A DNA stretch of 64,000 bases, taken from contig MU057036.1 of NCBI GenBank assembly GCA_013239625.1, positions 12,306,715 to 12,370,714 on the forward strand, in the 5' to 3' direction. The DNA comes from Lama guanicoe (Eukaryota). Of the stretch, positions 10,671-25,100 are shown piece by piece; positions within the stretch are counted from its first letter, which is position 1, and each line of letters begins with the position of its first letter. The position numbers and the translations under genes are program-made. The notes beneath the pieces were generated by a model, which was given only the letters and a program-made list of their open reading frames with translations, did no database searches and was not told where the DNA came from.

Positions 10671-13434
10671 CCATGGTTGTTGGAAATCAACTTTACTGAG
10701 CACAAGTAAACTTGATCATTTAAAATATAAGACTTTAATTGCAGACACATGTTGGCAATATACAAATACTTTAAATTCTAGAAGTTCTCTGAGAAATTTT
10801 ATATTGCAGAAAATTGGAGATTTTTTTAAAGGGCTTAATTCTGACAAAATAATCATAAGGTGTTACAAACTGCAACAATTTTATAGCTACTAAAAAGTCA
10901 CCTAATAAAAGTTGTAGGAAAGCAAAAGGAAACACTACCAGACTCTTGCTAAAGACTGAGGCCCTGTCAACCAGAGCATTATTACATATTGCAACACTCC
11001 ATTATTTGAGAACAGCTTTAGGCTAAGGAAATCAGTGGAATAATTTGAAAATCTGGATTATAGCTACTCACATAATTGTTGGGATTTGGGGGTGCTCAGT
11101 AAAGGATAGCCCTTTTCCTCGCCTCAGTTTTGAACAATTGCCTGAATTATGACTATCTGAAAGAGGAGTCAGCAGTTGGAGATGAGGATGCCAACTTGAT
11201 GCAACAGCTAGGTTAGAGGACAGGGCTTAGATGTGCAATCCATGGTTGGTTTGTTCATTTGATCATTTGTTCGGTTCACCAGTCATGCCTCCACCACACT
11301 AAATCTTGGCTTTGTGAAAATATGTAATTCTACCTAGAATTGCTGAATTGGATGGTTTAGATAGGAAAGAAAAGAAATACCCAGTATACACGGCCTTTTA
11401 ATAGCCTTATCTTTTTGATTAAGAAATGCAGACTAAGAGATGTCATCCGCCAATCAAAGGGAGGAATGGACAAGGAGGAGGAGTGTGTAAGGGGCAGGAC
11501 AAGGAGCCAGGAGTGCTGCTGTATTGAATGATATTCCTTCCAGTGACAACTACGGAGCCCAGGCTGGCCCTGGTCACCTAGAGTTCTGTTCTGCAATGAG
11601 AGGGTCAGGCTGGAAGGAAGCATGGACACAAAGATACGATGGCATGAAAAGTACGACGGGGCTTATAATGGAAGCGTGATTTGGATGCACAACTACTGCA
11701 CAGGCAGTAACACACACAGGATGATCTGAGAATACATATTTCAAGTCCTATCAGGTGGCTAGCTTACCAGGTGAGGGTCCCCGGCTTTGCTTCCTTCATG
11801 TCAATAAACATCCCCTGGACATGCTTATATCCCATACTTTTCAATATCAACAAGACACATCAGCTTGAAAGAGTCAGGTCTGTGAAACTCTTTTTTCAGG
11901 TAACCAGTTTTGATATTCCAGAATAGACACTGAATTAATCCTAGCTAAGCCTTTGTTTATCAGAACCAAACTTTTTTTATACAAAAAATTTTTTGAAATC
12001 TTTTTTAAAACAAATTAAGTCTTTTACCTGACTTTAGAAACTACACAGTGTTCCTTGCAACAAATACAACAGAAAGTTACCATAAAAAGGGGTTGGGACG
12101 GATGAAAACATCCGGGAAATATCAGAACAAATAATGGAAATAAGGAAAACCATGTGCAAAATCCACTCTTCACCTTCCATAATTAACAATAAAGCCAATG
12201 AGAACTGAAGACACTCTATTGCTTTATGCATGCAATGAAACACAAACCAAGCAAAAGATTTCTTCCTATAGAATTTACAGTGTTGTTCCTTAAATTTCAT
12301 GAGCAATATTTCAACTTCAAAGAAGACATACTCTTGATGATCATCTTTGAAGCAAACAGCATATTCCAGCTCCCCAAATTAGTAATGCCAACGTTTAGAA
12401 TATGTGTTAGTTTTACCGTTTCTTTCTCTGGCTACATTCCGAGGCAACCTAGGTAGACTGTGCAGATCATTTTCGTGAAAAGACTACAAGAAAATATACA
12501 CGTGGATGCCTAAACATAATGGAGGAGAAATGCCAGGGTAAATCTCCAAACCAGTAAAAATTGTGATTTTTGTTAAGAATCTGTTCCTGGGATTTTTTTT
12601 CTGGCCTTTTGAATTTCAACACTCAGAAATAGAATCCACGGATTTCAAATCTGCCATAGTTCTTTGATGAAAGAATGGATTTCATAAATCTGTGTTTATT
12701 AACCACATTGTGTTTAAACAAAAAACTTTCCATGCACATAAACACCCAAAGAGCTGTTTTTTTGGCTGGTGGTGGGTGATGTGTGCTGCCCTCACTACCC
12801 CTGTCTGTACCCCAGATGGCTGTTTTCTAGTGAGTATCTGATAGAGAAAGGCTCTGGCTGTCAGGATTTTACAATTGCCAGATAGTCTAATTAATAATTA
12901 GGAGTCGAAGATGATGAGCAAGAATGTTTTACTTAAACCATTTTGCAGAATATTTTGTGTATAAACTGAGTGATTCTTTCTGAGCACTTTATCTGACAGC
13001 TTGCACTTGATTTCCATGCAGGCCTGGGTAGCTGCAGGCCAGTGAACTCAAGACCTGGTTCTGTTCCCCGTGGTCGGTGTGCCCAGGGCTCAGGACACGA
13101 TGCAGGTAGTGGTGCTCTGCACTGAGTGGGCTCCCAATTCCTGCTTCCTGAAACATCTTCTGCATTTCTCAGCATGCAGGTGCAAAATTGCCAGCTGAGC
13201 TCTAGTGATAGGATATTCTTTTATACCTTGCTCTGGTTTCAGACTAATCGAAAACTATTCATTCCGACCAGGAACCCTACATTTGACCTCATTCTGAAGG
13301 AAATCTGAATACTCTTTCAAACATGGCCCCTGATTTAAAAAAAAAAAAATCTACAAACCAGTGTTGGGGAAGACTCTTAAATAGAGCAGAGAGTGACAGA
13401 ATTGCCATTCATCTGTATGTATTGTACTGATGGC

Positions 13435-13670
13435 AAAAGTAATTGCTTAAGCTTATTGAGCAGTTTTTGTGGACTCTGTGTTACTAGCTTTAAATATGGT
13501 ATTTTATTTCATCTTCACACCAACTCTCTTAGATAGGTTTTATCATTATCCCTGTTTCACAGGTGAGCAACCAAGACTGGTAGGAGTAATCCTGCCTGAA
13601 GTCTTTCTACTGAGAAACACAAAGCAAAGACTAGAACGTAAGCTTCTCTGACTCCTCTGCCCATACCCTC
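13435..13670 (-). mobile_element. MIR
   Basis: gcttattgagcag...ttatttcatcttcacaccaactctcttagataggttttatcattatccctgtttcacaggtgagcaaccaagact. Confidence 0.7.
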
Positions 13671-14814
13671 AGCTATGGGGGATGGAGACCAGCAGGGGCG
13701 AGGCAGAAGATGCTGGGGTCCTAGGTAAGCAGAACCCAAAGAGATTTCACATCCAAGACTCAAAGTCCAAACCCACCTTTGGGCTGGGAGAGGCAAGGTC
13801 AGGGCCAGGCCATTGTGAACTGGGGCTTGGTTCTGGGCCATTTGGTTAAAAGAACTTAAGTCCTGAGGAGGCAATACTGAGGATAGAAGCGTCGAATGGC
13901 CCCTGAATGTGTGGAGAGAAGGGAAAGAAAGGCCAGGAGCAGCAGGGACGACACACTTGGCCATGTCCTCAGGATCTCAGACCGTGGAAGCAACAGGCCA
14001 GTGCGATCTTGATGTCATCTCCACCAGAACTGAATGGACTGAGCAGTCTCTCAGTGAAACAGAGTTGTAATCCTAGCTGATGACTCTCTCTCTCTCAACT
14101 GTGCAGTCGGTATAAAATGTGTTCTACACCAGAAAAAAAAGTGAAATGAAGGCTTTTCAAATGTGGTGCGAGCTCCTTTTTATAACTGAAGGTTTTTTAG
14201 GACAGGAGATTGATTTTTCAAGGCCCTGTGAAAGTGGACCATCTTCATAAACTTTTCTCAAGGAAAATACTCTGGGGAATCACAGGTCTGTGGGCCAGTT
14301 CCCTCCTTCTTTATCACCCCGGGCCTGAGTACATTAAAAACCTGCCTTGCTGTCTCTTATACTGCACTAGAGGCATTCCAATAGCTAAAAGATTAAATGC
14401 TTTTTTTCTGCTGCAATCTCTTCTCTTATCTCTAAACTTTCTTTCAGAAAGCTACAGCTGGCTTTGCAAAGTAACATTTCCATCGCTGCGAGGTTTTCCC
14501 TTCTTACATAATGCAAAATCAGTGAGATCATTTAGCTAATGCATTTAATCCACTAATCCAAGTGATGTTGCTCTGAGCATGTTCAGGGTTTGAGGAGATA
14601 TTTGTTCATCGCAAGGGATTATGCTTTATGTCTTGTGCTTGCTTGTAGACTGTGCTTCAGAGACGCCGAGAGAGGTGGGGTTTGTAGGGTAAGCCTTCCT
14701 GAATGTTAGGACTATCTGGTGGGAGCTACAGAGTCCAAGGCGCTTATCGGTGGGTGGCATTGACAGTGGGAGCCCTTTCATCAGACACAGTCAGATTTAC
14801 CACTACATTCTGGA

Positions 14815-15125
14815 AAGCATGGAAGAGAAACAGAGACTCCCGGCCTAGGAGTCAAGGGACACACAGACCATTCCTAGCCTACTGACTCAGTATTTAACTG
14901 GGGACAAGTGGCTTAACTGTACTCAGATTCCTCAACCCTAAAGTCAGATAAAAATAGCAATTAACATGTTTTCATGCCTTAAGCATCTCATCTAATAAGT
15001 TAGTGTCTTTCTGACCTAGAGAAGTGAAGTGACTTGTCCAAAGTCAAAAGTTCCTTAATGCCCAGGCAGGGAGGGCTTCTCAGCATTTCTGCCTTGTAGC
15101 GCGGTGCTCTGTTTACTGACTGTCA
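14815..15125. mobile_element. Two MIR fragments (plus strand 14815-14965, minus strand ~15000-15125)
   Basis: ggcctaggagtcaagggac...gggacaagtggcttaactgtactcagattcctc; agagaagtgaagtgacttgtccaaagtca. Confidence 0.55.
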
Positions 15126-17160
15126 CCATGGCACTGCCCTGGTTGGAGGACAAGTTCTGAAGCAGTTGAAGTTTGCTTTTGTTGAGTATTCAGCTCAGCA
15201 TTTTATGAAGTTATAGACCAATGTTTCTTTTTAAGGCAAATGTTAAAAATATATAAATAAGCTGCTTCAGGCTTGCAAGTAAGCTTTACAAACTTGAATT
15301 TCATCCTTGTTTAGAGGCTGACTCAGGCTGGACTTTATTCAAACTCCTGTTCTAGCGCCAAAGAAAAATGGCTCCCAAATGTTAGCCTCTCAACACTGGT
15401 GCTTCGTCCTTGCCAAAAGGTCCTGAGATTTCAAAGATCCATTCAGCTCTGAAGCGGAGAACAGTGACCTAGATACAGGAAAGCTCATGTTAAGTTCTCA
15501 AAACCCATTTGCCCCTTTGTTTGTAAATCTCTTTGGAAGTTCAAGCTGTCTAAAATAGGTTTAAGTGTGTAGCCATCGATGTATGTGTATTTCCACCAAA
15601 CAGCAGTAGGAATCTATCTTCAGCTTCTTCAAGACCAAGTACACGTTTCTCCTCTTTGCTGATACAGGATCTAGCAGGCATCAGTTTTTAAGAGTCTAGT
15701 ATTGTCTACACTGACAATCGGGAAATCCACTCCTCCTGGTAATCTCCACAAGCTGGTAGGCAACACCTTGGCCACTTTGGTGTCTACACTGGTTGACTTG
15801 CCCCCTGATGTTGTACAGAATCCAATCAGCACTCTCAACATGCTTGTTCCTTCAGTCTTGGAATCAATGCCTAGTCATCTCTCAAATTAATATTAGGCTC
15901 AGAGGTGTGTGCCACTGATAACTGATCTGTTGGCCACGTGCTTCAAGTTTTCCATATTTTTCCTCTGTAGTGAACATAATTGGCTGCGTCAACTCCCCAC
16001 TTCTTACTCCACAACAGAATCATAACTGTCCCCAGCAATTCACCCCTATGTCATGTAGCCAAGTGTCTTCCAGGAAGATAACCCCTTGCCTCACCCCACT
16101 GCGCCAGTTTCAAGAATGGGACTGATTCATAAATTCAAACTCTCCAGTTGCAGTGGACCAATTCAGAAATACACGTGGACATAAAGCACACACCTTACAG
16201 GCCAATGGGTGGGTCAGAAGTCAAGAATTAAATACCTGCACAACTGCTAACAACAGGTGTTGCTCAACATTAACACTCCATTCCTCTAGAGACGCTTTTG
16301 TTCCTGACTTGAAAGGTCCTAAGAGGCCTCTACAGATTGCTCTCAGCCTGTCAGTAAATTTTTGTGGGGAATTCAAAGAATTTTTATCCTTGGATAACTC
16401 ACTTTGCCCAATTAGGTTTATATTTCATTTGGGAGCCGTGAAGAGGATGAAGATCTGAACTGTTTGATGATATACGGTATGAGATCGGCAGGAGAGACTG
16501 CACTACAGATCCTGATACACTTCAAAGGGTCGGGGTTCCTGTACCTTAAAATTGCTGGAATCTGTCCAGGATATTGGGTCCATTAAATTGGAAAAAAACG
16601 TACAAAATAAATTAAACTGTAGAAAATTTAAAAATAAAAATAAAGAAAGAAACATAAAAATACCCATAGAAAGACGTATAAACAGGAACAGTGATGGCAA
16701 AGCTATCAGAGAAGAGCAAGATTTTTTTGTGTACTTGTTTTGTTTTGTTGCATGTTTGGTGGAATGGCATTTAAATGTTAAATATAGAAAAGAAAATTCC
16801 ATTTAATAGTATTAACTGTTCTTTTTCCCCGACAGTATTCCCCTCACCCCTCTGGTCCTCCACCCCTTCTGGTTGTCCCGTTTGTCTGAGGACTTTTTAC
16901 CTCAGGGTAGGAATGTGACAACAAAAGGCAGAGTGTTCTTTTTGCCTCTTTCTGGCTTTTGAGTTTTAAAACACTCAGGCTTTCAGTGAATGGAAAGGAC
17001 TCACGGAGTGGATAAAATATTTTGGAGACGACCTCGTGAGTCAGAGCAAATATTCCTCGTCCCTTATTTCTCACCCCACCCTGGGCCTCAGACTGATGGC
17101 AAACAAAATCCCCAGGTGGGAAGGGAAAATGAGCATCAGAGATAAGCTATGAGGAAAAGT

Positions 17161-17669
17161 TGGGTGGTTTTGAAACATGGCTCCAAAATTCTTCGACACT
17201 TCTCCCATGGACAGGTTGGGGTCTGTGTCTCCTTGCCTTGAGTCCGTATGGCCTTTGGTTTCTTTAACCAGCAGGGTAGGGCAGGAGTGACTTGTATGAG
17301 TTCTAAGACAGGCCATAAGAGGTAATGCAGCTTCTACTTTATTTTCTAGAACATTGACTCTTAGTGCCAGGAACTGCCATGTAAGAATTCTGGCTACCCT
17401 GAGGTGGCCATGCTCTGAGGAAGCCAAGCCACACAGAGAGGCCATGGTGGAAGCTCCAGTCGGAAGGCTTTGTCTTTAAGTCATCCCAGCCTGGGTTCCA
17501 GACGGGAGTAAGTCTCCCCAGCTGAGGACCAGACAACATGGCGCAGAGCCAGCATACCTGCTGTGCCCTGTCTGAATTCCTGACCCACCAAATTCTGTGA
17601 GATAATAAAAGCTTGTTTCAGCTGCTAAATTTTAAGCAAATTTGATATGAAGCAATAGTAATTGGAACA
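17161..17669 (+). mobile_element. MaLR solo LTR, MLT1G/H-like
   Basis: ggtggttttgaaacatggctccaaaattcttcgacacttctccc...tgtgccctgtctgaattcctgacccacc...agcaatagtaattggaaca. Confidence 0.8.
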
Positions 17670-17679
17670 GAGGAGGTTG

Positions 17680-18895
17680 CTTCCCTGTCTCCCTTTTCTA
17701 GACTGTCCTTCCTCCTCTCACAACTGTACCCAGCACTTCTGGTGCTCCTAACAAAATCCTACTCTTCTATCCAGACCCAGCACCCAAATTATCTCATCTG
17801 TGAAAGTTTTGCCATCATGCCGAGGCCAGACAGAGGTAGCTAGTCCCTATTCAGTGCCCCGATAGCATTGTTTTCATGCTTCAGTTCTAATATGTCTCAT
17901 AAAGTGCTGTAGTCATTTCTTGATATGCCTCTCAGAATTCTGAGCTCCTTCGGAGCAATACATCCATCCAGTGTGGTGTGGTGGTTGTTACAATACTAGT
18001 TCTCAATGAATCATGCCTCTCCATCTCCATGATCGTGGGCAGTTCTCCTGTAAGCTTGGCTATACAATTTGTTTGGGGTGATGGAACACTGGTAAATGTG
18101 ATGCATGCAGAGGCTTTAAAAAGGCTTATGAAGTGGAGCTTGCCTTTCTTCTTGAAGAAGTCCAGGCTAGCATGCAGGAGACACGGGTCAGTGAGCCGTC
18201 AACACCAACTGTCAGACTTCTGAGAGAGGCCACCTGGTACTGGCCAGCTTCCACCGGACTTCCAGACTGACCCTGAAGACATGGATGAGCCTAGCCAGTG
18301 TCTCAAGGAGAAGAGAAGAGCCATCTTAGCTGAGCCCTGTCCAATATGCCAACACCCAGAGTGGCCTTTGTCCTAAGACACTGACACAGCTGACTAATTG
18401 CTCCAACAAGCAGTTAATGCATCTTAGTGACCCAACACAGTGAAATTTACTTCTTGTTTAAGTCATAGTCCAATGTGGGCTGATGGTGATGGGAAGAATC
18501 TCCATTCTACCCAGCCACTCGGGAACCCAGGCTCCCGTCTGCTTATGAGTCCCCTCTCTCTGCTAGGTCCTTCGAGTCCCCTTCATTTATGTGGCAGATG
18601 GGAAAGAGAGAGATGCGGGACTCGTACAAGGGATATATTTATAGGGCAGGTCTGAAAGAGGCACCTAACACTTACCCTTTCATTCTGTTGGCCAGGACGT
18701 GGTAACAGAGAGTGGAAAAAGCAGTCTAGCTGTGTGCCCTGAACAAAGAGGAGAACACAAATATTGGTAAGGATTCATGGTCACTGACGCTGGCAGAAAT
18801 GTTTTATTCCACTCTGTGTGTCCCTCAGTGCCTGGCACAATACCTGGCTTATAATAAATACTTCATAAACACCAACAGAATGAGTGCACAAATGA
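17680..18895. mobile_element. Nested old repeats: L2 (17680-17965 and 18800-18895, plus) around an MLT1 LTR (17972-18400, plus) and an MLT1J/K-like LTR (18400-18790, minus)
   Basis: L2 tail cctcagtgcctggcacaatacctggc...aatgagtg; MLT1 motifs gccatcttagctgagccctgtcc and cattctgttggccagga...cagtctagctgtgtgccc. Confidence 0.6.
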
Positions 18896-21800
18896 GATAG
18901 TCAGGGCTGCCGTAGTGCCTCACTTAGGACATGGTCTGAGAATGATACGTGAAAGGAACACCTGTCTCATTTGGGCTCATCTTCTCCTAAATCTTGGCAT
19001 TTGTATCTGGTTTTATGCTAGAGCCTTCATCAACCTAAAAAGCACGGCAAGAAATGGATGTAGATGTGTTACTGTGGCTGGATTCCTGATACTGAGATGA
19101 TGCCATAATAGCTTTCTCTTATCCTGCAATTTGTAAGACTATCAAATTTAAAAGAACAAATGGAAAGTGTACTTCAAGTTAAGTCTCTGATTTCCCAAAT
19201 CACTATGTGTGTGTGCATCATTAGTATACTATTCAATCAAGTTACCAGTAACCTAAGCCCTTTTACGTGCAATAGGGTACAAATAATATAGTTTTAAAAA
19301 TTTACACAATATAATTTTCACTGTATTGTATGATACCATATAAACACACTGAACTGAAAAGCCAAAGAGAACTGCATTCTAGTCTCTATTCTGTTATTAA
19401 TCATTTAAATTTCTCTGGCTTAGTTCCTTGAGTCCCTACCAGCTATAAAATTCAAGAATTCTTTAAGTCTCTATCATAACACATATGTGAGAGGCACCCT
19501 TTATTTTTCTCTATACAGTAATCAAATCAAATAAATATAGATCAAGCTTCTTCAATCAAACTTCAAAGAAGAGTCCCTTTTTTGTTTTCTTTTACCTGAG
19601 AAATCAGAATGTAGGGAAATAGACTACAAGGTGTAATCTCTGAACACCAAGTATTCAGGTAGAGAAGATTAAATAGGCTCCAAGAAGCATTTAACAGATC
19701 ATTAGGGCAGTTGCTCAGTCATGGGGCGGGACATGAGAGGATAACTGGCCGTCTTCTTTTGCTCCTTAATATCATCTTCAATGGTTGCCAGTTACTACTC
19801 ACTCAAGTGTTTTAAGGCATGGTCTTTTCAAGTGCTCTATTTTGAAATACACACCTTCAGAAGGCTTGACTTAATCATTACCACCTTGGCCTGAGCATCT
19901 TTAGACAATCAAGTCCACCGGCAGGGGCTTTAGAGAAAGTGACAGCAAGTGGGAAGGTTACTAACAGCGGTGGTTGTCTGCTTTGCAGCTAAGGGTCCTA
20001 AAGGGCCACCTGAGAGCTGGAGGCAGATCCTGGGTACCAAAACGATGGCACCAGGACCATGCTTCTGGCTGTGCTATCCTCCAGAGAAAATTAAAACAGC
20101 AAGGATCACTGAGGCAAGTAGGAAGACCACACAGGTCACAGGCGAGCTAACTGGGCAAGCGGAAGGCAGAATACGGAGGCTATGCTTTTGGTTGGAATAA
20201 GGTATCATGGAATAGAGAGCAGAAAAGAAACCAAGAGTGGTACAAAGTGTGAGGGAAGATGGTTAGACTTATTCATTGATGCACTTATCCTTCAGCGCAT
20301 GTCCTAGATGTTTCCTCTTCAATGCTGCCCTTAAGCTATCTTAGCGCGCACTCTCTCAGCTTGCTTTTCAACACTATGACATTCACTTATCAATTCAGTG
20401 GAAGGAGAGTGACCCAGTTAATTCAGGGAAAAGAATAATTTACAGCATGGACGCGTGGTTTGTCTAAAGTTTTCACCTTTGGTGGGCTACTCTGATGTTA
20501 GAGACAGGGAGAATCCACCCCTGGGAATATGGACATTAGGGACTCTTTGGACCATGCTGGTATCACTCTGAAATGAGAGTTCTTCCCTCACTTCCTCACT
20601 ACTCAATTCCTTTTCAAAAGAATGCTACAGAACAGATTAACGGTACATTGTTCTTCTGTAATTCTCTGGTTACTCTAACAGAGTCAGGGTAGATTTGAAG
20701 AGAAGAAATGCAAACCAGCTTGAGGCTGCACTGCCCAATTTGATCAAAACGAAATGCAACCATCGTGGGTTCGAGTTTGGTGGTCCAAAACACTGGAATG
20801 TTTCAAAGACATCTAAAATGCGATGCCAGTGTTGTTTTATTTGGTTTGGGGTTTGCTATCCCTTTATGTTAAACAGGAGTTTGGAAAAATTACACAAAAG
20901 ACTCACTGTCTATTTTCATGCAGGCCTACATACTAAGTAGCCAGTGTAACTGATAAAGGAAAACATCAAATACGCTGAACAAAGTCTCCACTCACCTACC
21001 CCAGGAACTTAGAGGAAGCTGAGGATGAATCAGATCTGATCTTTATTTAGCAACCTACCTCACAGCAGCAACTCTCTCTGAGGCACTAGGTTCTGAGCCT
21101 TAGAACTGCACATAAAACAGATATTCGCCTGGACCTCCCTACAGCGACCCAGGTAATACCTGTGTTGAGTCCTTTGTGCATCAAGGGAACTCTCTTTGAG
21201 ACTGGACCAAGGGTTGAATAACACCATCCCGATCTTCCTAAGGAAGATACAGGAACTAGACGCTGTCTTTGAACCCTGGAGAAATATTCCACTCTAATCC
21301 AGGTTTGGAGGAGGACGAGAAGTTAAGTCCAGCATCTAGAGTGGCAAATTATACCTTTGTGATTCACCAAAATGTATTCTTCTAAGAGACTATTTTAAAA
21401 AGTTTTGTTTTGTTTGTGTAGCCCAGAGAGCAAAATACAGCATTGTCAGTCAAGACAGACTTCAAACCGCCTGTGCCCGTTAGAAACGTTTCATTAATAA
21501 CATGTGTTTACCATTGAGAGANNNNNNNNNNNNNNNNNNNNNNNNNNNNNNNNNNNNNNNNNNNNNNNNNNNNNNNNNNNNNNNNNNNNNNNNNNNNNNN
21601 NNNNNNNNNNNNNNNNNNNNNNNNNNNNNNNNNNNNNNNNNNNNNNNNNNNNNNNNNNNNNNNNNNNNNTGAGTGAAGGTATTGGCTCAACCTGCTTTGT
21701 GGGCTGGTGGCTTGGAATGCTTTACAAACTAATCAAATTTATTGACTATGATTCTGAGTTAAAAAAAATCACATGCTGGGGTGTGCACCCTGGTTTGACT

Positions 21801-23359
21801 GCAGTTTGGTGAGGTTCTGAATGTCTGAAGAGGGAAACAAGGCAACTATTTGGCATTCCTTTCCCCAAAAACAAATTAGAAACAGATATCACAGAATATG
21901 AGAAGGTTTTTTTTTCCAGCAGTCTAATAAGAAAAAGAGATTTTCCTCTATAGTTTTAATTCTACTGTATGTTAAGGATAAGTAAACAGAATTAATATTG
22001 TACTAGGCTGAACAGGCAATGAAATTCCTATTAATTCAGTAGTTGGAGCAGCAAGTGATCTAAAGGCAGCCCAGGAAAAAAGAATGGACTTTACATGTGA
22101 TATCAGTTTACCTACCGAGGACTGGCTGCAGGTAAGTTGGGATTAAACACTGCTTGCTTCATATGCACTTACAGCAGATATATAACCCAAAGGGAGGAAA
22201 TTTTACATTTTGCACAGATCTACATGTAAAATGTCCATTTAAAATACAACAAGACATAGCTATCTACAGTAATGGATAGAAAATGCCTTTGTGTTTAATG
22301 AGCCACCTCAGTTATGCACAAGCACACGAACTATAAAGAGTTGTTATATGATGTGTTTATGAAATCTCATAGTCATGGAAATAGCACCATGATCCTAAAC
22401 ATTTGTGAAATCTTATATCACATGGGCTTAAAACCAATTTTCCAGTTGCTTACAATGTATCCTTTTAAAAATATTTGCATTTCAAAAATAAAACAAGATC
22501 ACATTGAGAGAAAATTTAACCCATAAAAAAATTAGAGGAGGCCGTCCTTCAGTTATCTGTTTACACATTCTGAGAGGAGAGATTCGGTACTTTAAAACTT
22601 TTTAATGCCTTGAGTTTGTTTTCCTTTCTTTTATCACTTTTTTTTTAAAGAAAAAGAATGTATCTAGAGGGAAGTTTTTACTACAAAAAGATTCGTTTTC
22701 CAAGTTCCAAGTGCATAGAAAATGAAGAACAAGAGACAACATCTATTAAACTCACACTTCACATTTTCAAAAACCGAAGTCCGCAAGTACAGATAGTACA
22801 TGTACTACACGTGCAGCAATATTCTAGGAACAATGAAGGCCAGTCAAGATCAACATAACTGGGTCTACGTTTAAGGAGCTGACGATTAGCCGAGGATACA
22901 AACACCTAATGGTTCGTAAAACAAATCTTTCCCCATCTGTCAGCGTAACACTGGGATCTCTTATTTTTACTCCTGTAGGATTCTCGGAGGTATTTTCTTT
23001 GATAACGTGTTTGTTTATTTGTTTTTACAAACACTTTGTGTATAACGAAGTTTTTCTGTAATTAACTGTGACGGAAACACAAAAAGGGCACTAATAATGT
23101 TTTAGGGTCATCGGCCCTTTCTCCAGGAACGCGAGGAGGCAGCAGGTACAGATGATGAAGCAGAGGTCTGCTCAGAGTGAAGAGCAATCTAGCTGCATGA
23201 TCCCCGACATCAGACGGAAGGAACATCTTTGAGAAACCAAGTCCTCTGCCTAAACCCTGCCCAGACCACAATACAGTCAGCTTTCAGCCTAAAGCTGGTC
23301 TGCCAGGAAACAGCATTTTGAGGCTACAAAATATTTAGTAATATGACAATACTCTATTC

Positions 23360-24320
23360 ATGCAACTCAATAGAAAAAATAAACAACCCAGGCAAAAAAA
23401 GGGCAGAAGACCTGAAAAGACATTTTCCAAATAAGACATACAGATGGTTAATAGGCACATGAAAACATGCTTTACACTGGTAATTATTAGAGAAATGCTC
23501 CAAACAACAGTGAGAAAATCACTTCACACTAGTCAGAATGGCCATCATCAAAAAGTCTACAAATAACAAATGTTGGTGAGGATGTGGAGAAAAAGGAACT
23601 GTTGTACATCATTGACAGGAATGTAAATTGGTGCAGCCACGGTGGGAAACAGAATGGAGGTTCCTCAAAAAACTAAAAATAGAACTACCACATAATCCAG
23701 CAATTCCACTCCTGGGCATATATCTAGAAAAATGAAAACACTCATTTGAAAAGATATATACACCCCCAATNNNNNNNNNNNNNNNNNNNNNNNNNNNNNN
23801 NNNNNNNNNNNNNNNNNNNNNNNNNNNNNNNNNNNNNNNNNNNNNNNNNNNNNNNNNNNNNNNNNNNNNNNNNNNNNNNNNNNNNNNNNNNNNNNNNNNN
23901 NNNNNNNNNNNNNNNNNNNNNNNNNNNNNNNNNNNNNNNNNNNNNNNNNNNTAGTGAATTAAGTCAGACAGAGAAAGACAAGTACTGTATGTTATCACTT
24001 AAATGTGGAATCTAAAAATTAAAACAAAGAAATATGTGTAGCAAAACAGAAACAGACTCACAGATATAGAAAACAAACTAGTGCCTACCAGTGGGGAGAG
24101 AGAAGGGAAGAGGGGCAAGATAGGAGTGGGGGATTAAGAGTTACAAACTACTATGTGTAAAATAGACAAGCCACAATGATCTACTGTACAACACAGGGAA
24201 TTATAGCTATTTTTTGCAGTACCTTTTAATGGAGAATAATCTATAAAAATATGGAATCACTCTGCTGTACACCTGAAATAAATATAATATTGCAAATCAA
24301 CTATACTTCAATAAAAAATT
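23360..24320 (+). mobile_element. L1 ORF2 3' end and 3'UTR (contains a gap)
   Basis: gggcagaagacctgaaaagacatttt...cagcaattccactcctgggcatatatc...tgtggaatctaa...caaatcaactatacttcaataaaaa. Confidence 0.9.
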
Positions 24321-24324
24321 TTAA

Positions 24325-25100
24325 AATCAAATTAAGAACTTCTGTTCCTCAGAAGACAACATTAAGATAGTGAAAGAGTGGGAGAAGATAATTATCTAGA
24401 ACATATAAAGAACTCCTAAAAATAAGTAAGAAAAATGCAGACAACTCAATAGAGAAATGGCTTAAAAGACTTGAACAGGTACTTCATAAAGGGGATATCA
24501 ACATACTCAAACATGCTTTGCTCATTAGTCACCAAGAAAATGAAAAGTAAACCACAACGTAATACCATTAAACACCCAACAGACTAAACTCTCTCTCTCT
24601 CTCAAAAACACATACTTGAATTTGCCAAAAGACTTAACTGGAATGTTCATAGCAGTGCTATTTGTAATAACCCCAAACCAAACTGGATGTTATCCAGATG
24701 TCTATCAGCGGTAGAGTGTATACATAAATTGTGACATATTTACTCAATGGAATTTTATACAGCATTGAGAATGAACGGTCTACAGGTGTATGCAACAATA
24801 GGGTAAATCTTCCAAAAAAAAATTCAGGAAAAATGCTGGATACAAAAAGTACCTACTGTACGATTCCATTTGTATAAATTATAAGAAGAGGGAAAAGTAA
24901 GCTATGCTGTTAGAATTCAGGATAGTGGTTAATCTCATGACTAGAAAGGAAGATGGGAGGGTTTCTAGGGTGGTGGCTAGGTTTGTTTTTGATCTGGGTG
25001 CTAGTTTAACAAGTCTGTTCAGTTTGTGAAAAATTCATCAAGGGATATGCATTAAGGTAAACACACATTTCACTATACGTATTTTATATCCATAAGAAGT
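24325..25100 (+). mobile_element. Older L1 (L1M/ME-type) 3' region
   Basis: aattaagaacttctgttcctcagaagacaacattaag; gaatgttcatagcagtgctatttgtaataaccccaaac; gctgttagaattcaggatagtggtta. Confidence 0.8.

Noticed and set aside
14744-14809. Minus-strand terminal-exon-like ORF NVVVNLTVSDERAPTVNATHR*
   Set aside because: The acceptor derives from an antisense MIR, the peptide is unrecognised, and no convincing upstream coding exon exists
19635-19665. 12-nt inverted match (ttggtgttcaga) to repeat copy B
   Set aside because: Expected by chance in a window this size and does not extend
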